Assembly (NCBI RefSeq): GCF_001194135.2
Contig: NC_068982.1
Span: 53,380,013-53,424,863 of the forward strand
From: Octopus bimaculoides
Lineage: Eukaryota
Direction of reading: 5' to 3'
Length of the DNA stretch: 44,851 bases
This document shows positions 1 through 11,770 of this stretch, piece after piece. A program made the translations under genes and the position numbers. Each line of letters opens with the position of its first letter. The first letter of the stretch is position 1. Under the pieces are notes generated by a model. The model was given only the letters and a program-made list of their open reading frames with translations. It did not search any database and was not told the origin of the DNA.

Positions 1-34
<34 letters not shown>

Positions 35-49
35 TGTGTGTACATATAT

Positions 50-215
50 ATACAACGGGATTTTTTCAGTTTCCGTCAACCAAATTTACTCAAAAGATTT
101 TGGTCGACCTGTGGCTAGAGTAGAAGACACTTGCCCAAGGTGCTACGCAATGGAACTGAACCTGGAGCCATGTAGTTGGGAAGCAATCTTCGTACCATAC
201 TGCCATGCCTGCGCA
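50..215 (-). mobile_element. tRNA-derived SINE family B (CORE-like, OR2-like?), 5' half
   Basis: Reverse complement matches the head of the full copy at 15784 (cttcccaac..catgg..ccagg ttcagttcc..ttgcgtagcaccttgggcaagtgtcttct) and ends at a TA microsatellite. The family name is recalled, not verified. Confidence 0.85.
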
Positions 216-974
216 TCATAAACTCCTGTTTCATTTCCGCTCCATTAAACACTGAGGTCAGTTGATTAATTGATATATTTTTGCTGTTACTGTTGTTGTA
301 GTTTTCTATTTTAGGAAGGAAATTACTTAGATTTTCCACTACATTGAAACCATCACCCGTCACTGTGCCGTAAAACTAATTTTACAATCTTAATTAAGAA
401 TCATTTATTTCTATTGTGACTATGATTTTTGTCCATGTGCCAGAATAAGAATGCATTATTGTTGTTATCATAAATATCTTAATTTATTTCAATAAAGCAT
501 TCCTATGTTTATCATAAAAAAAAAAGATTCGTATGGGCACACAAGACTAAGTTTTAAAGGCACGAGGGTCTATTAACGACATAAAAGATCTAATGTTTAA
601 TTGCCTGTTGTCTTATTAAGAATTATTTAATGGAACGATGAAAAATTCAGAATTTTCAATGGTGGCTGAAACCGCTCAACATCTGGGTAGCAGGACCTCT
701 ACATCCTGCCGCCTCTTATCCTGCTATATATATCGTTATCGTTATAATCACTATCGTATCTTTAAAACTTATTGTAGCAGTTATAATTGAAGTTAAGTTC
801 ATAATGCTGGCAAAACACTATGTCTCTTTCTCTTTTTTTCTCTTTTTTTGTTTTTTTACACGTGCTTTTTTGTGTATGTAGTTATTGTTGTATTGTGTGC
901 TTTTAATCTAGATATATTTTTCTGTCGACATAAGAACAGAAATCAAAGTTCAGTTTTAAAGAAAGTCTGTTCTT

Positions 975-995
975 CACATACATACATACATACAT

Positions 996-1080
<85 letters not shown>
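975..1080. repeat. (CATA)n(CA)n compound microsatellite
   Basis: Read directly from the sequence. Confidence 0.98.
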
Positions 1081-1442
1081 AAAGAATTAAAGGAGAAAAA
1101 AAATTAGAATAAACAATTTAGAACCGAAATAATAATGTGAATGTCCTTTGTGTATACTCTACTAGCCTCTTTCTCTTCCTCTCCTTCCCTGTCTGTCTGT
1201 CTGTCTGTCTGTCTGCCTTTTCTTTCTCTCTTACACACACACACACACGTAAACACACGCAGGCAAGGACACATCAATACAAACACACATATATGAATGG
1301 CTAATATGTATGTGTGTGTATGCGCGTGTATATTCATACATATACACATACATATAAGTGTGTATATATATATACATATGTATATATATTCATATGCATA
1401 CATTTACACATATACATGTATATATATTATATTTATACATAC

Positions 1443-1477
<35 letters not shown>

Positions 1478-2000
1478 NNNNNNNNNNNNNNNNNNNNNNN
1501 NNNNNNNNNNNNNNNNNNNNNNNNNNNNNNNNNNNNNNNNNNNNNNNNNNNNNNNNNNNNNNNNNNNNNNNNNNNNNNNNNNNNNNNNNNNNNNNNNNNN
1601 NNNNNNNNNNNNNNNNNNNNNNNNNNNNNNNNNNNNNNNNNNNNNNNNNNNNNNNNNNNNNNNNNNNNNNNNNNNNNNNNNNNNNNNNNNNNNNNNNNNN
1701 NNNNNNNNNNNNNNNNNNNNNNNNNNNNNNNNNNNNNNNNNNNNNNNNNNNNNNNNNNNNNNNNNNNNNNNNNNNNNNNNNNNNNNNNNNNNNNNNNNNN
1801 NNNNNNNNNNNNNNNNNNNNNNNNNNNNNNNNNNNNNNNNNNNNNNNNNNNNNNNNNNNNNNNNNNNNNNNNNNNNNNNNNNNNNNNNNNNNNNNNNNNN
1901 NNNNNNNNNNNNNNNNNNNNNNNNNNNNNNNNNNNNNNNNNNNNNNNNNNNNNNNNNNNNNNNNNNNNNNNNNNNNNNNNNNNNNNNNNNNNNNNNNNNN
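1478..2000. other. Assembly gap (N-run). Other gaps: 3496-3721, 5910-6026, 9738-10095, 18638-18907, 19904-20309, 22035-22134, 24935-24944, 25650-26010, 28346-28684, 31454-31463, 37469-38330
   Basis: Runs of N, most flanked by (TA)n or (GA)n, as expected where short reads collapse at microsatellites. Confidence 0.99.
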
Positions 2001-2447
2001 GAACGAAAAGAAATAGCAGCCGGACACACGTGACCAAGGCTGTGTGAAGAGAAAGAGTAGCAGAGGGAAAAGAAGGGAAGGAAGTAGAATAAAAGTGAGC
2101 AACGAGAGGTAGAGAGAGAGAGAGAGATACTAGTAGTAACAGTGAGAGGCGAAGGACGAGTAACAAGAGATAGAGAGAGAGAGAGAGAGATAGTAGTGAC
2201 AGGTAGAGGCGAAGAACAGTAGAGGGAAGAATGAGAGGGGGAGATAGAAATAGAAATAGAGAGAGTCGCGTTAGAAAAATAGTTAAAACTTACTGTATAA
2301 AGGTTAACGCGTGCGTTCTGTCGTGATACAAACAATATATGAGTATATGCATATATATGTACATGTATGTACATTATATATATATATTATATATATAGTA
2401 TATATATAAGATGTATGTATAGCATATTGTATATATAATACACGTAA

Positions 2448-2715
2448 TCTTTTATCTTTTGTTTCAATCATTAGACTGCAACCATGCTAAGGCACCGCCT
2501 CGAAGAATTTTTAGTCGAATGAATCGACCCCAGTACTCTTTTAAAGCCAGGTATTTTTCTTTGGTCTCTTTGGCCGAATTGTTAAGTTACGAGGAAGTGA
2601 ACACACCAACACTGGTTGTTAAGCGGTGATGGAGGACAAAGGCACTCCCCCCCCCACACGACAGGTCTCTCTCAGTTTACGTCTATAGTAGAAGACAGAT
2701 TTCCGAGGTTATAGT
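2448..2715 (-). mobile_element. SINE family B, 3' half, degraded
   Basis: tcttttatctttt..cattagactgcaaccatgctaaggcaccgcc..gtcgaatgaatcgaccccagtac is the reversed 3' tail of family B. Confidence 0.85.
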
Positions 2716-2767
2716 TGAATACAGATTTCCCGCTTATCAAATCTTACCTTCTGTTATAGATGCAAGC

Positions 2768-3118
2768 GATGCTGTGTAGTAAGAAGTTTGCTTCCCAACC
2801 AAATGTTTTCGGGGTCAGTTCCACTGCGTAGCACTTGGGCGTCTTCAACTATAGTCCCGGATGAATGGCTTTGGTAGATGGAAACTGAAAGAATCCCGTT
2901 GGATGTCTATTTGTGTTCATTTTTCTGTTAGTGTTTGTCCTCAACCATCGCTTGACAATCGGTGTTGGAAAGTTTACGTCCTCACAACTCAGAGACCGAT
3001 AAAATAATTACCAAGATTTTGAATATAATACTGCGCTTCGTTTATTTGATTAAGCCCTACACGGCCTTTGCCCCAGAATGGGCGCAGTCCAATGACTCAA
3101 ACATGCCAAAGATGAAAT
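2768..3118 (+). mobile_element. SINE family B, degraded near-full copy
   Basis: gctgtgtagtaagaagtttgcttcccaacc head, ggaaactgaaagaatcccg middle, gcgcagtccaatgactcaaac tail. Confidence 0.8.
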
Positions 3119-3458
3119 ATAATGTCTTCACTGAGAGCTACCGCAATGGGATACACATTGGAGTGAGTGACAGTCATTTCTGTATAGACGTATTTGTGAA
3201 CATGAAAGCGTATTTGACTACAGGAATTTGACGATATCTAGCAACTGAACGGAGAAGAGTATTCAACCAGAAAACGGAAGAGGCCATCTTGTTTACGTTT
3301 CTCGTCTACTTGTACAATTTCTTCCACTGAACATGCTTTTCTGTTTCCATAGGTGCGTTATTTTTACAGACTGACCAAGCCTTAAGACCACACAAGATGT
3401 TGACTTGGATTTCGTGGTATTATTTGTTGCAGGGAAGCATATGGATTTTGAGTAAATA

Positions 3459-3495
<37 letters not shown>

Positions 3496-3721
3496 NNNNN
3501 NNNNNNNNNNNNNNNNNNNNNNNNNNNNNNNNNNNNNNNNNNNNNNNNNNNNNNNNNNNNNNNNNNNNNNNNNNNNNNNNNNNNNNNNNNNNNNNNNNNN
3601 NNNNNNNNNNNNNNNNNNNNNNNNNNNNNNNNNNNNNNNNNNNNNNNNNNNNNNNNNNNNNNNNNNNNNNNNNNNNNNNNNNNNNNNNNNNNNNNNNNNN
3701 NNNNNNNNNNNNNNNNNNNNN

Positions 3722-3763
<42 letters not shown>

Positions 3764-4229
3764 GTATACGTACATGTATACACACGTACACATATACATA
3801 CACACACACATATATCTACCAGTATATATATATATTTATCTATACACATACAGGCATGGACACAAACATACACACACACATATATATATATGCATGTGTA
3901 TGTATGTATGTATGCATGTATGTATGTATGTATCACCTATGTCAAAGCGAATACATGAATATCTCAGTGGAAACAAGGAAATATTGATTGTTATTTGACA
4001 GTTTTTCGTCCAGATTACTTGTCGCTTTAAATTCTAAATATCTGTGGAAGGAGCTTTTGCATCCTATTTAAATAAACTCAATTAATTGAACATTACCAAC
4101 TCATCACATAACATAACAATTGAGAGAAACTACTGGGTTTGTAATGTGTTTGTAAAATATTCCCTGAGATATTTTTTCCTGTTATGTTGTAGATATAATT
4201 TTATCTACAATTTTACTTGTAAGCATGAT

Positions 4230-4391
4230 TGTGTTGTTTAGAAGATGGTTTTGCAACTCCGCACAGTGGGACTGAAAGTGAGTTCAGTCCCACTCTGCGG
4301 CACCTTAGGTAAATGTCTTCTATTATAGACCCTGGTTGACCAATACCTTGTAATTGAATTTAGTAAACAGAAACTGTTCGAAAACCCGTCG

Positions 4392-4428
<37 letters not shown>

Positions 4429-4640
4429 GTCTGTCTGGCTATCTGTCTGTCTGTCTGTCTGTCAGATTGTCTGCCTGCCTGTCTGTCTGTCTGTCTGTCT
4501 GTCTGTCTGACAGTCTGTCTATATATGTATCTATGTATATCTATGTGTACGTCTTTGTGTTTCTGTCAGTTCCTCCACACCACTTGACATCCTGTATAGG
4601 TTTGTTTACGTCCCTGTAACTTACCAGTTGTATATTAAGA
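4230..4640 (+). mobile_element. SINE family B with internal (TCTA)n(TCTG)n and a fold-back duplication
   Basis: ttcagtcccactctgcggcaccttaggtaaatgtcttctattatag..cagaaactg..cccgtcg, then microsatellite, then gtttacgtccctgtaactta. Confidence 0.8.
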
Positions 4641-4647
4641 GACAGAC

Positions 4648-4822
4648 AGCAGTATTTCGTCCGTGTTTAAGTTCAGTGTTCAAATGCCGCCGAAGTCGAC
4701 TCTACCTTTCATCCCTTCGGGAATCGATAAAAAAAAAATATCAGTTTAGTACTGGGATCGATTCAATTAACATTTTCCCACCTCACGAAAAAAATTTCAG
4801 GCCTTGTGCCTATAGGAGTAAA
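4648..4822 (+). mobile_element. SINE family A (Nin/Deu-like core), degraded
   Basis: gttcaaatgccgccgaagtcgactctacctttcatcccttcgggaatcgataaa core and aatttcaggccttgtgcct tail. Confidence 0.8.
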
Positions 4823-5487
4823 GGAACACCCTAAATTCTGAAATTCAGCCGACAAAACTATTTCCTATTTTAGGGACCAGACATCACCCTTTTTCTGTTA
4901 ACTGCGTATAATGATCGATGCAACATAATGTTTATATAACCAAAACCAAGTAATAAAATATCTTATTCTTTCTTTTGATCTCTGTAAAACTTGACACCAT
5001 AACATTAAAAAAAAAAAATCTCCAACGGTTTATAGACTAAGAGAGAAAAAAATCATCTCACAACAAAGAGGTTCAAATTTATCCATACCATATGTTGGTG
5101 ATAGAAGCTGATGTAACGAAACCTTTTGGCATGTAATAGGATTCGAAATAGTTGGTCTTTCACGTATGATAGTTTAGTTTTTAAAACATTGAAGACATTC
5201 TTACTTTCACTATTGTTGTGTAGGTGCGCACACAAAAATATATATGTAGATACACATACACAAACCCACACAGGCATACACACATGCACGCACACAAATA
5301 TATATAGATTTATTTATATACAAAACAAATAAGACGTATCTGATTGTACATGTGGTTATGCATAGTATTGCATTTATGCATGTATGTATATATGTATGTT
5401 TGGCTCTTCCTCGCATTCGGTACTAAGATGTGTTTATTTGGGAAGTCTAGTGTGTGGCATTATTCTGTAGTAATGCCCTTATATAAA

Positions 5488-5630
<143 letters not shown>

Positions 5631-5740
5631 ATAGCTAGCTAGCTACATCAATTGTTTAACTGAACAAAAGCACAACACTTTTTCATGCACTCTTTCTCTT
5701 TCTCTCAACACATACACCCATTAACATACATACATGTGTT

Positions 5741-5833
<93 letters not shown>

Positions 5834-6361
5834 ATATATATATATGTATATATATATATATGTCTGTGTGTATATATTTATATACATGTACACATATATA
5901 TACACATACNNNNNNNNNNNNNNNNNNNNNNNNNNNNNNNNNNNNNNNNNNNNNNNNNNNNNNNNNNNNNNNNNNNNNNNNNNNNNNNNNNNNNNNNNNN
6001 NNNNNNNNNNNNNNNNNNNNNNNNNNTATATATATATATAAACACACCCACATACATGTCTTTGTGCTTTTGAGTATGCATATCTATTCATACATACTCA
6101 TAGCTGTGTGTGTGTTTGAGAGTACTTTTCGTTGTGAATTATATGTGTGTGTGTGTGTGGACATATATGTATTTAATCAGCTGCCACGTCATCATGGTAC
6201 ATAAGTCACGCTTTTTGTTTGTTTTGTAGTTTATCTTTTTTTGTTTAAATATCAAAAAGAAATAAATAAATAAAACCTTTGGTATCCTCACGTACTTCTA
6301 CGCGGTCGCTCTATGGTATAGTCGTAAATAGGGGAAACCGCATATCGTTAGCTCTATCAGT

Positions 6362-6437
6362 TCCACCACCAACACTACCAGCAGCGGCAGCAGCACCACC
6401 ACCACCACCAGCAACAACAACAACAACAACAACAACA
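6362..6437. repeat. Compound trinucleotide repeat (CAC/CAG/CAA)n
   Basis: Read directly; no supporting ORF or splice context. Confidence 0.9.
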
Positions 6438-6551
6438 CTGCAGCCATAATAACCGACAACAAAATACTATTAAGATTGTAGTTGGAAGAAAAATCAATTG
6501 AAATCTAAGCTGAACTCTTATTGGACATTTTCTTATCTAATTATATCTTAG

Positions 6552-6760
6552 ATCTTTTATCTTTTACTTGTTTCCGTCATAGGATTGCGGCCATGCTGGA
6601 GCACCACCTTAAAGGATTTGGTCGAACAAATCGATTTCAGCATTTATTTTTCCTTTTTAAAGTTCGGTACTTTTATCTCCTCTTTGTTGAACCTCTAAGT
6701 CACGGGAGCGTAAACAAGCCAACAAGCGTTTCGGAATGCGGTACACACACACAAACTTCA
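6552..6760 (-). mobile_element. SINE family B, 3' half
   Basis: tcttttacttgtttccgtcataggattgcggccatgctggagcaccacctt matches the reversed tail. Confidence 0.85.
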
Positions 6761-6844
6761 TCGAAGTCGACTTTACCTTTCTTACTTCTGCGGTCAAAAC
6801 ACCAGCCACGTCTTTATTCAAAATCGTTTTAAGGCACAGGTACA

Positions 6845-7314
6845 TTGGACCGAAGGGTCCAATTCTGATCTATATAAGCTGTTGGCTGCTGTCAATAAAT
6901 GAATGGTATTGGGCCAATTGCACGCCGTCTAAGGTAATAGTATACTGGGTAGTTATCCACGGACTCCACGGACCTAGATGCTAAATTATGACCTATCTCC
7001 ACTGTGGGTTGCTGTCAATAAATAAGTACATTGATTTGCCTGGGTCCTCACTGGTCTGAGAAGCCAATTCTAACCTATGTATGCGATAGCTTGCTATGAC
7101 TAAATTAAACATAGAGCATAGAGCCTTGTGCATTGATTTGCTCGGATCCTCACTGGTCTAAGAAACCTGTTCTGATTTATGTATGTTGTAGCTTAATGTG
7201 AATATATAGGGTCTAGTGCATTGGTTTCCCTAGGGGCCTGTAATGTTGCTAAGACGGTCCAAGCTCAACGCATTGATTTGTCCAGGGGCCCATAAGGTTG
7301 CTAAAACGGCCCTG
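6845..7314. mobile_element. Putative non-autonomous DNA transposon end with degenerate subterminal repeats
   Basis: Four cattg(a/g)ttt(g/c)..(gg)gtcc/ggcc modules at about 7029, 7131, 7219 and 7271, ending in ..aaacggccctg (CAGGGCCG on the minus strand). No partner TIR was found. Confidence 0.45.
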
Positions 7315-7536
7315 CATTTATTGACTTAATCAATAAGTGCCAGACTACACCTTTCTCATCCCTCGGTTGCACATTGGCGCATAGCAGCCATTCTTCAAGT
7401 CGTTTACACTTATTCTGTTATGTTTAATCGACACTTAAGTCTTTCCGTTTTCAATTCACTTAAGGGTTATGACAAACGATAAACTCTCTAATGACGCACT
7501 GTTTTGACGTCACCGCAACTGATACTTTGAAATTTT

Positions 7537-7743
7537 CTCCCTCTCCCTCTCCCTCTCCCTCTTCCCCCTCCCTTCCTCCCTCTCTCTCTCTCACACACTC
7601 TCTCTTTCGTTATCTCGTTTGTTAATTACACGCATTAATCCCGCCACTTCAGTCTCTTACTATTTTTCTATTCCTTAACATTAATCCACTGTCTTCTTTT
7701 GATTATGTTTCTTAGGTATGAGTTTTACCATTTCTCTGAATAG

Positions 7744-7777
<34 letters not shown>

Positions 7778-8000
7778 ATCTCTCTCTCTATTTCTATCTC
7801 ACTCTCTCTGTTTCTCTCCAAGTTCATCTCTTTTCATCACTCTCTCTCTCTCTCTCTCTCTCCTTGTCTCCATCTCTCTCACCCTTTCCTTCTCTTTGTT
7901 TGCCCCTCTTTACTTTCTCATTCCATCGAATAAATTACTCTTGTTAAATTCTCACCATATTTCATTCTTACATTATTCAAGTCTTTTCTCTTTCTTTTTT

Positions 8001-8042
<42 letters not shown>

Positions 8043-8116
8043 CTTCTGTCTGTCTATCTATCTATTTATCTGTCTGTCTGTCTGCCTGCCTGCCTGCCTG
8101 CCTGTGTCTGCCTGCC

Positions 8117-8151
<35 letters not shown>

Positions 8152-8480
8152 GTGTGTGTGTCTCTCTCTCTCTCTCTCTCTCTCTCCCATCTTTCCCATC
8201 TTGCTCTCATGTCTTCCGTTTCTTTGTCATCTCTTAACCTCCATACTTTACTCCTCAATGTATTTATCATCATAAAAGACATTACACAGTTCCCTTTTCT
8301 TCACTCCCTCTTCACTATCATTTATTTCAAATAAAACCTCTTTAGTACAAAATACATATTACTCTCTTCCTTTCTATTTATCTCCCTCATTCTGACACAC
8401 ACTTTCTCTTCACCTTATTATCTCTTTTCCTCTCCTTATCTCTCTTTCTCTCTCCGTTCTTTCTTTCTTTCTCTTCTTTA
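7537..8480. repeat. Long pyrimidine-rich low-complexity tract: (CT)n, (CTTT)n, (TCTG)n, (CCTG)n
   Basis: Read directly from the sequence. Confidence 0.95.
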
Positions 8481-8927
8481 TTTGATTGCCGTAACCATAA
8501 CCTTGAAGGCGACACCGTGAGAAATAAAGACTTGGGTGATTCTCTTTCGAAATGTTTCCCTAATCGGCAAACTCAACACTGCATTAACAACTTAAGTTTT
8601 ATACATTTACCATTTACCTAACATTATTTAAAACAAACTCAACACATACTAATGGATATACAAATAAATACACTTGACACGTGCACGTAGTTATATATGT
8701 ATGTGTGTACCGTTTTGAAATTTCTATACATGTACTAATATGCAAACAAGCAAAATTACGTGTGTTGTGTGTGTCACTATACGCACGCACAAACACACAC
8801 ACACACACGTACACTCACACATAGCGGCAGCTAAATCCAGAATCCGAAGAATCTTGCGAAGGTATTTCTCTGCAAAAGACATTTAGAATAATCTACGTTC
8901 ACAACGATTGAGAGATAAGTTTTCTTT

Positions 8928-8962
8928 TCTTCTGATGAAGACGTTGCCTCGAAACGTCAGGA
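8928..8962 (+). ncRNA. Minimal type-I hammerhead ribozyme motif of Penelope-like-element type
   Basis: TCTT-CTGATGA-A-GACGTTGCCTC-GAAAC-GTC-AGGA. Both conserved core boxes, a 4-bp stem I (TCTT/AGGA with one G-U), a short stem II with one mismatch, a loopless palindromic ACGT stem III and a GUC cleavage triplet. Confidence 0.7.
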
Positions 8963-9065
8963 TTCTTATTTTCACAATGTGTAAGAAAATTTCTTCAAGT
9001 TTGCAAACTTTCTTCTATGTACATGCATATTTAGATACATGCTTACATATATACGTAGATGATGT

Positions 9066-9240
9066 TGGCGTGGCTGTGTGGTAAGACGCTTGCTTCCCAA
9101 CCACATGGTTCGGTGTTCAGTCCCACTGCGAAGTACCTTGACTAAATGTCTTCTACTATAGCCTCACGCCGAGTAGAGGTTTCTGAGTGGATTTCGTAGA
9201 CGGAAGCTGAAAGAATCCCGGCGTATATATATATATACAT
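9066..9240 (+). mobile_element. SINE family B, 5' half
   Basis: ggcgtggctgtgtggtaagacgcttgcttcccaaccacatggttcggtgttcagtcccactgcg, ending in (TA)n. Confidence 0.9.
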
Positions 9241-9242
9241 AT

Positions 9243-9525
9243 ATGGGTACAGGACGTCACCAACTGTGTAAACAACATGAAATATGAAAACAAACGAGTT
9301 AAATACGCAAACAACGAGAGTAAAAATGGAGAACAGGACAAACACAGAGAACGACCCTTCATCAGTTGTGGGCTGTTTATCTCTTCTTCATTTCGAGCAT
9401 TCAACGACAATATGAGTCTTCAAAGACAGTTGCTCCCATAAATTCCAAAATAAAATTTAGGATTTATGGAGGGTCAAAGTTGTGAGCAAAAACAGAACAG
9501 TCGAGATTATACAAGGAAACCGAAC
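9243..9525 (-). mobile_element. Dispersed CTGATGAAG..GTCCTGTACCCA element (possibly PLE-derived), copy 1
   Basis: Minus strand reads ctgatgaagggtcgttctctgtgtttgtcctg...gacgtcctgtacccatat; the same motifs occur at 24020 and 25432. Confidence 0.6.
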
Positions 9526-9699
9526 GGAGACAAACATGGAACGAGAGGAAAATAGTAAACGCTGAGAGAGATATCTTCTTTGAAAAGAGAAAAGATAGAA
9601 GAAAGAAAGGAAAGGTTCAATCCTTTGAACGTCCGCGCAGGAAAAGAAAGATGGTCACGTGAGGAAAAGAAAGATGGACGACGATCACATGCGAACAAC

Positions 9700-9731
<32 letters not shown>

Positions 9732-10139
9732 AAGAGANNNNNNNNNNNNNNNNNNNNNNNNNNNNNNNNNNNNNNNNNNNNNNNNNNNNNNNNNNNNNNN
9801 NNNNNNNNNNNNNNNNNNNNNNNNNNNNNNNNNNNNNNNNNNNNNNNNNNNNNNNNNNNNNNNNNNNNNNNNNNNNNNNNNNNNNNNNNNNNNNNNNNNN
9901 NNNNNNNNNNNNNNNNNNNNNNNNNNNNNNNNNNNNNNNNNNNNNNNNNNNNNNNNNNNNNNNNNNNNNNNNNNNNNNNNNNNNNNNNNNNNNNNNNNNN
10001 NNNNNNNNNNNNNNNNNNNNNNNNNNNNNNNNNNNNNNNNNNNNNNNNNNNNNNNNNNNNNNNNNNNNNNNNNNNNNNNNNNNNNNNNNNNNNNNAAATA
10101 AGAAACAACCACGGTGAATAAACGTATAGACGAGCTGAG

Positions 10140-10372
10140 GGCGGCGAGCTGGCAGAAACGTTAGCACGCCGGGCGAAATTCTTAGCGGTATTTCGTCTGC
10201 CGTTACGTTCTGAGTTCAAATTCCGCCGAGGTCGACTTTGCCTTTCATCCGTTCGGGGTCGATAAATTAAGTACCAGTACGCACTGGGATCGATCTAACC
10301 GACTTAATCCATTTGTCTGTCCTTGTTTGTCCCCTCTATGTTTAGCTCCTTGTGGGCAATAAAGAAATAAGA
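10140..10372 (+). mobile_element. SINE family A, young subfamily, full length
   Basis: ggcggcgagctggcagaaacg head (A-box), gagttcaaattcc B-box, gaggtcgactttgcctttcatcc..ggggtcgataaattaagtaccag core, caataaagaaataag tail. Confidence 0.95.
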
Positions 10373-10537
10373 AACAACCACGATTTGATTTTGTCCCCTT
10401 CCAACACTATCACCTGTCTGCTGCCATTCTGAGCAACCGTTGTTACTGGAGCAGGTCCGATTTCTTTTTCCCTTTACTGTATTACGCCTTTTCTCTCTGT
10501 TATCCATGAAGCTATCGCATGTAATATAAATATAAAC

Positions 10538-10700
10538 CAGTGGTTCTCAACCATTTTTTGCCAATGGACCCCTTTACTTAACTGGACCTCCATCGTCATT
10601 CGAGGTATATAATAAAAGAAAAATCCAACTGCATTTTTATAATGAAATACTATTAGGAATCATGAGCAACAATAACATTGGAAAGAACAATTTGCTAATA
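10538..10700. mobile_element. hAT-type MITE end (single TIR)
   Basis: Starts CAGTGGTTCTCAACC, typical of hAT/Charlie-like termini, followed by atggacccc. The other terminus was not found. Confidence 0.6.
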
Positions 10701-11117
10701 TAAATATTTTAGCTTTTACTTTAGTGCGTGTGTAATTGTTTACATAAATTACAATGTAAGCACACACTTGAAATATATTGAACCAAATATCTGTTTGTGT
10801 TTGCGTATGTTTCGACTCATATATAGTACAGATATATAATTATATATGAGCAGGCAATGAGGAATTCAGCTGTGCAACGCTAAGACTGTAATTAACCTCT
10901 AATCAAGACAAATTAAAGCAGTTATGCGCATGGCTAACGGCGAACTGTTTAGTCAGAGACTCCTCACCTATATACTCATAAGCATTAGTTAGTCAGTGGT
11001 TGTTGTATTAATAACAGTTATGACTGATAGTAAACAACGAGGAATTATTTCATAGTTATATTTTGGTTTATTTTCCATTTTTAATCCTGAACATGAGTAC
11101 ATTAAATTACGTAAATA

Positions 11118-11348
11118 AATTAATTCTTTCTACTATAGGCAAAAACAGAACGGTGGAGATATACAAGGAAACCGAAATTTGGGGTGAGGCGAAGGACAGT
11201 CGATTGCCTTAACCCTTGTACTCAGTTGTTACTTATTTTATCAACCCCGAAAGGATGAAAGGCAAAGTTGACCTCTGTGGGATTTCAGCACAGAACGAAA
11301 AGTTCCGGAAGAAATGCCGCTAAACATTTTATCCCACGTGCTAACGAT
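11118..11348 (-). mobile_element. SINE family A, degraded, with an insertion in its tail
   Basis: ttttatcaaccccgaaaggatgaaaggcaaagttgacctc is the reversed core. Confidence 0.85.
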
Positions 11349-11567
11349 AAAGTAATAAATTCATATCGAAATATCTTAATATGTATTTATTATTTTCAAC
11401 AAGAGAAAGCTTAAAGAGAATTTTTACTAAGAGGAGATCGGACTATTAAATTTGAAAAATGAAGCAACACACAAAAGCGTTTGAAGTATAAGCATGTATT
11501 AATACAAAATTAATTTTAATCGTTAATCCTTAACAAACTGTCATGAGAGCATGAAAGCATGTAATAG

Positions 11568-11770
11568 AGCAGAATCGTTTGCACGCTGGGCAAAAATACT
11601 TAGTGGTATTTCGACCGTCTTCCCGTTCAGAGTTCAAATGCCACCGAGGTCAGCTTTGCCTTTCATCCTTTCGGGGTTGATAAAATAAGTACCAGTTAAA
11701 TACTGGTCAATGTAATCGACTTACTCCCTCCCCCAAGACTATGAGAGCCTTGTGCTAGAATTTGAAATTG
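11568..11770 (+). mobile_element. SINE family A
   Basis: gcagaatcgtttgcacgctgggc..gagttcaaatgccaccgaggtcagctttgcctttcatcctttcggggttgataaaataagtaccag. Confidence 0.9.

Noticed and set aside
1297-2374. Long supplied ORFs here and at 3293-3987, 9507-10219, 18494-19186, 25321-26184, 28241-29016 and 37434-38540
   Set aside because: They are open only because they run through N-gaps and dinucleotide or tetranucleotide repeats (YIYI, HTHT, CVCV).
3352-3450. Strong-looking acceptor (ttttctgtttccatag) followed by a 32-codon open frame
   Set aside because: Weak donor, no recognisable protein and no partner exons.
7492-7512. TGACGCA plus a perfect CRE TGACGTCA
   Set aside because: Short motifs expected by chance in 45 kb, with no gene context.
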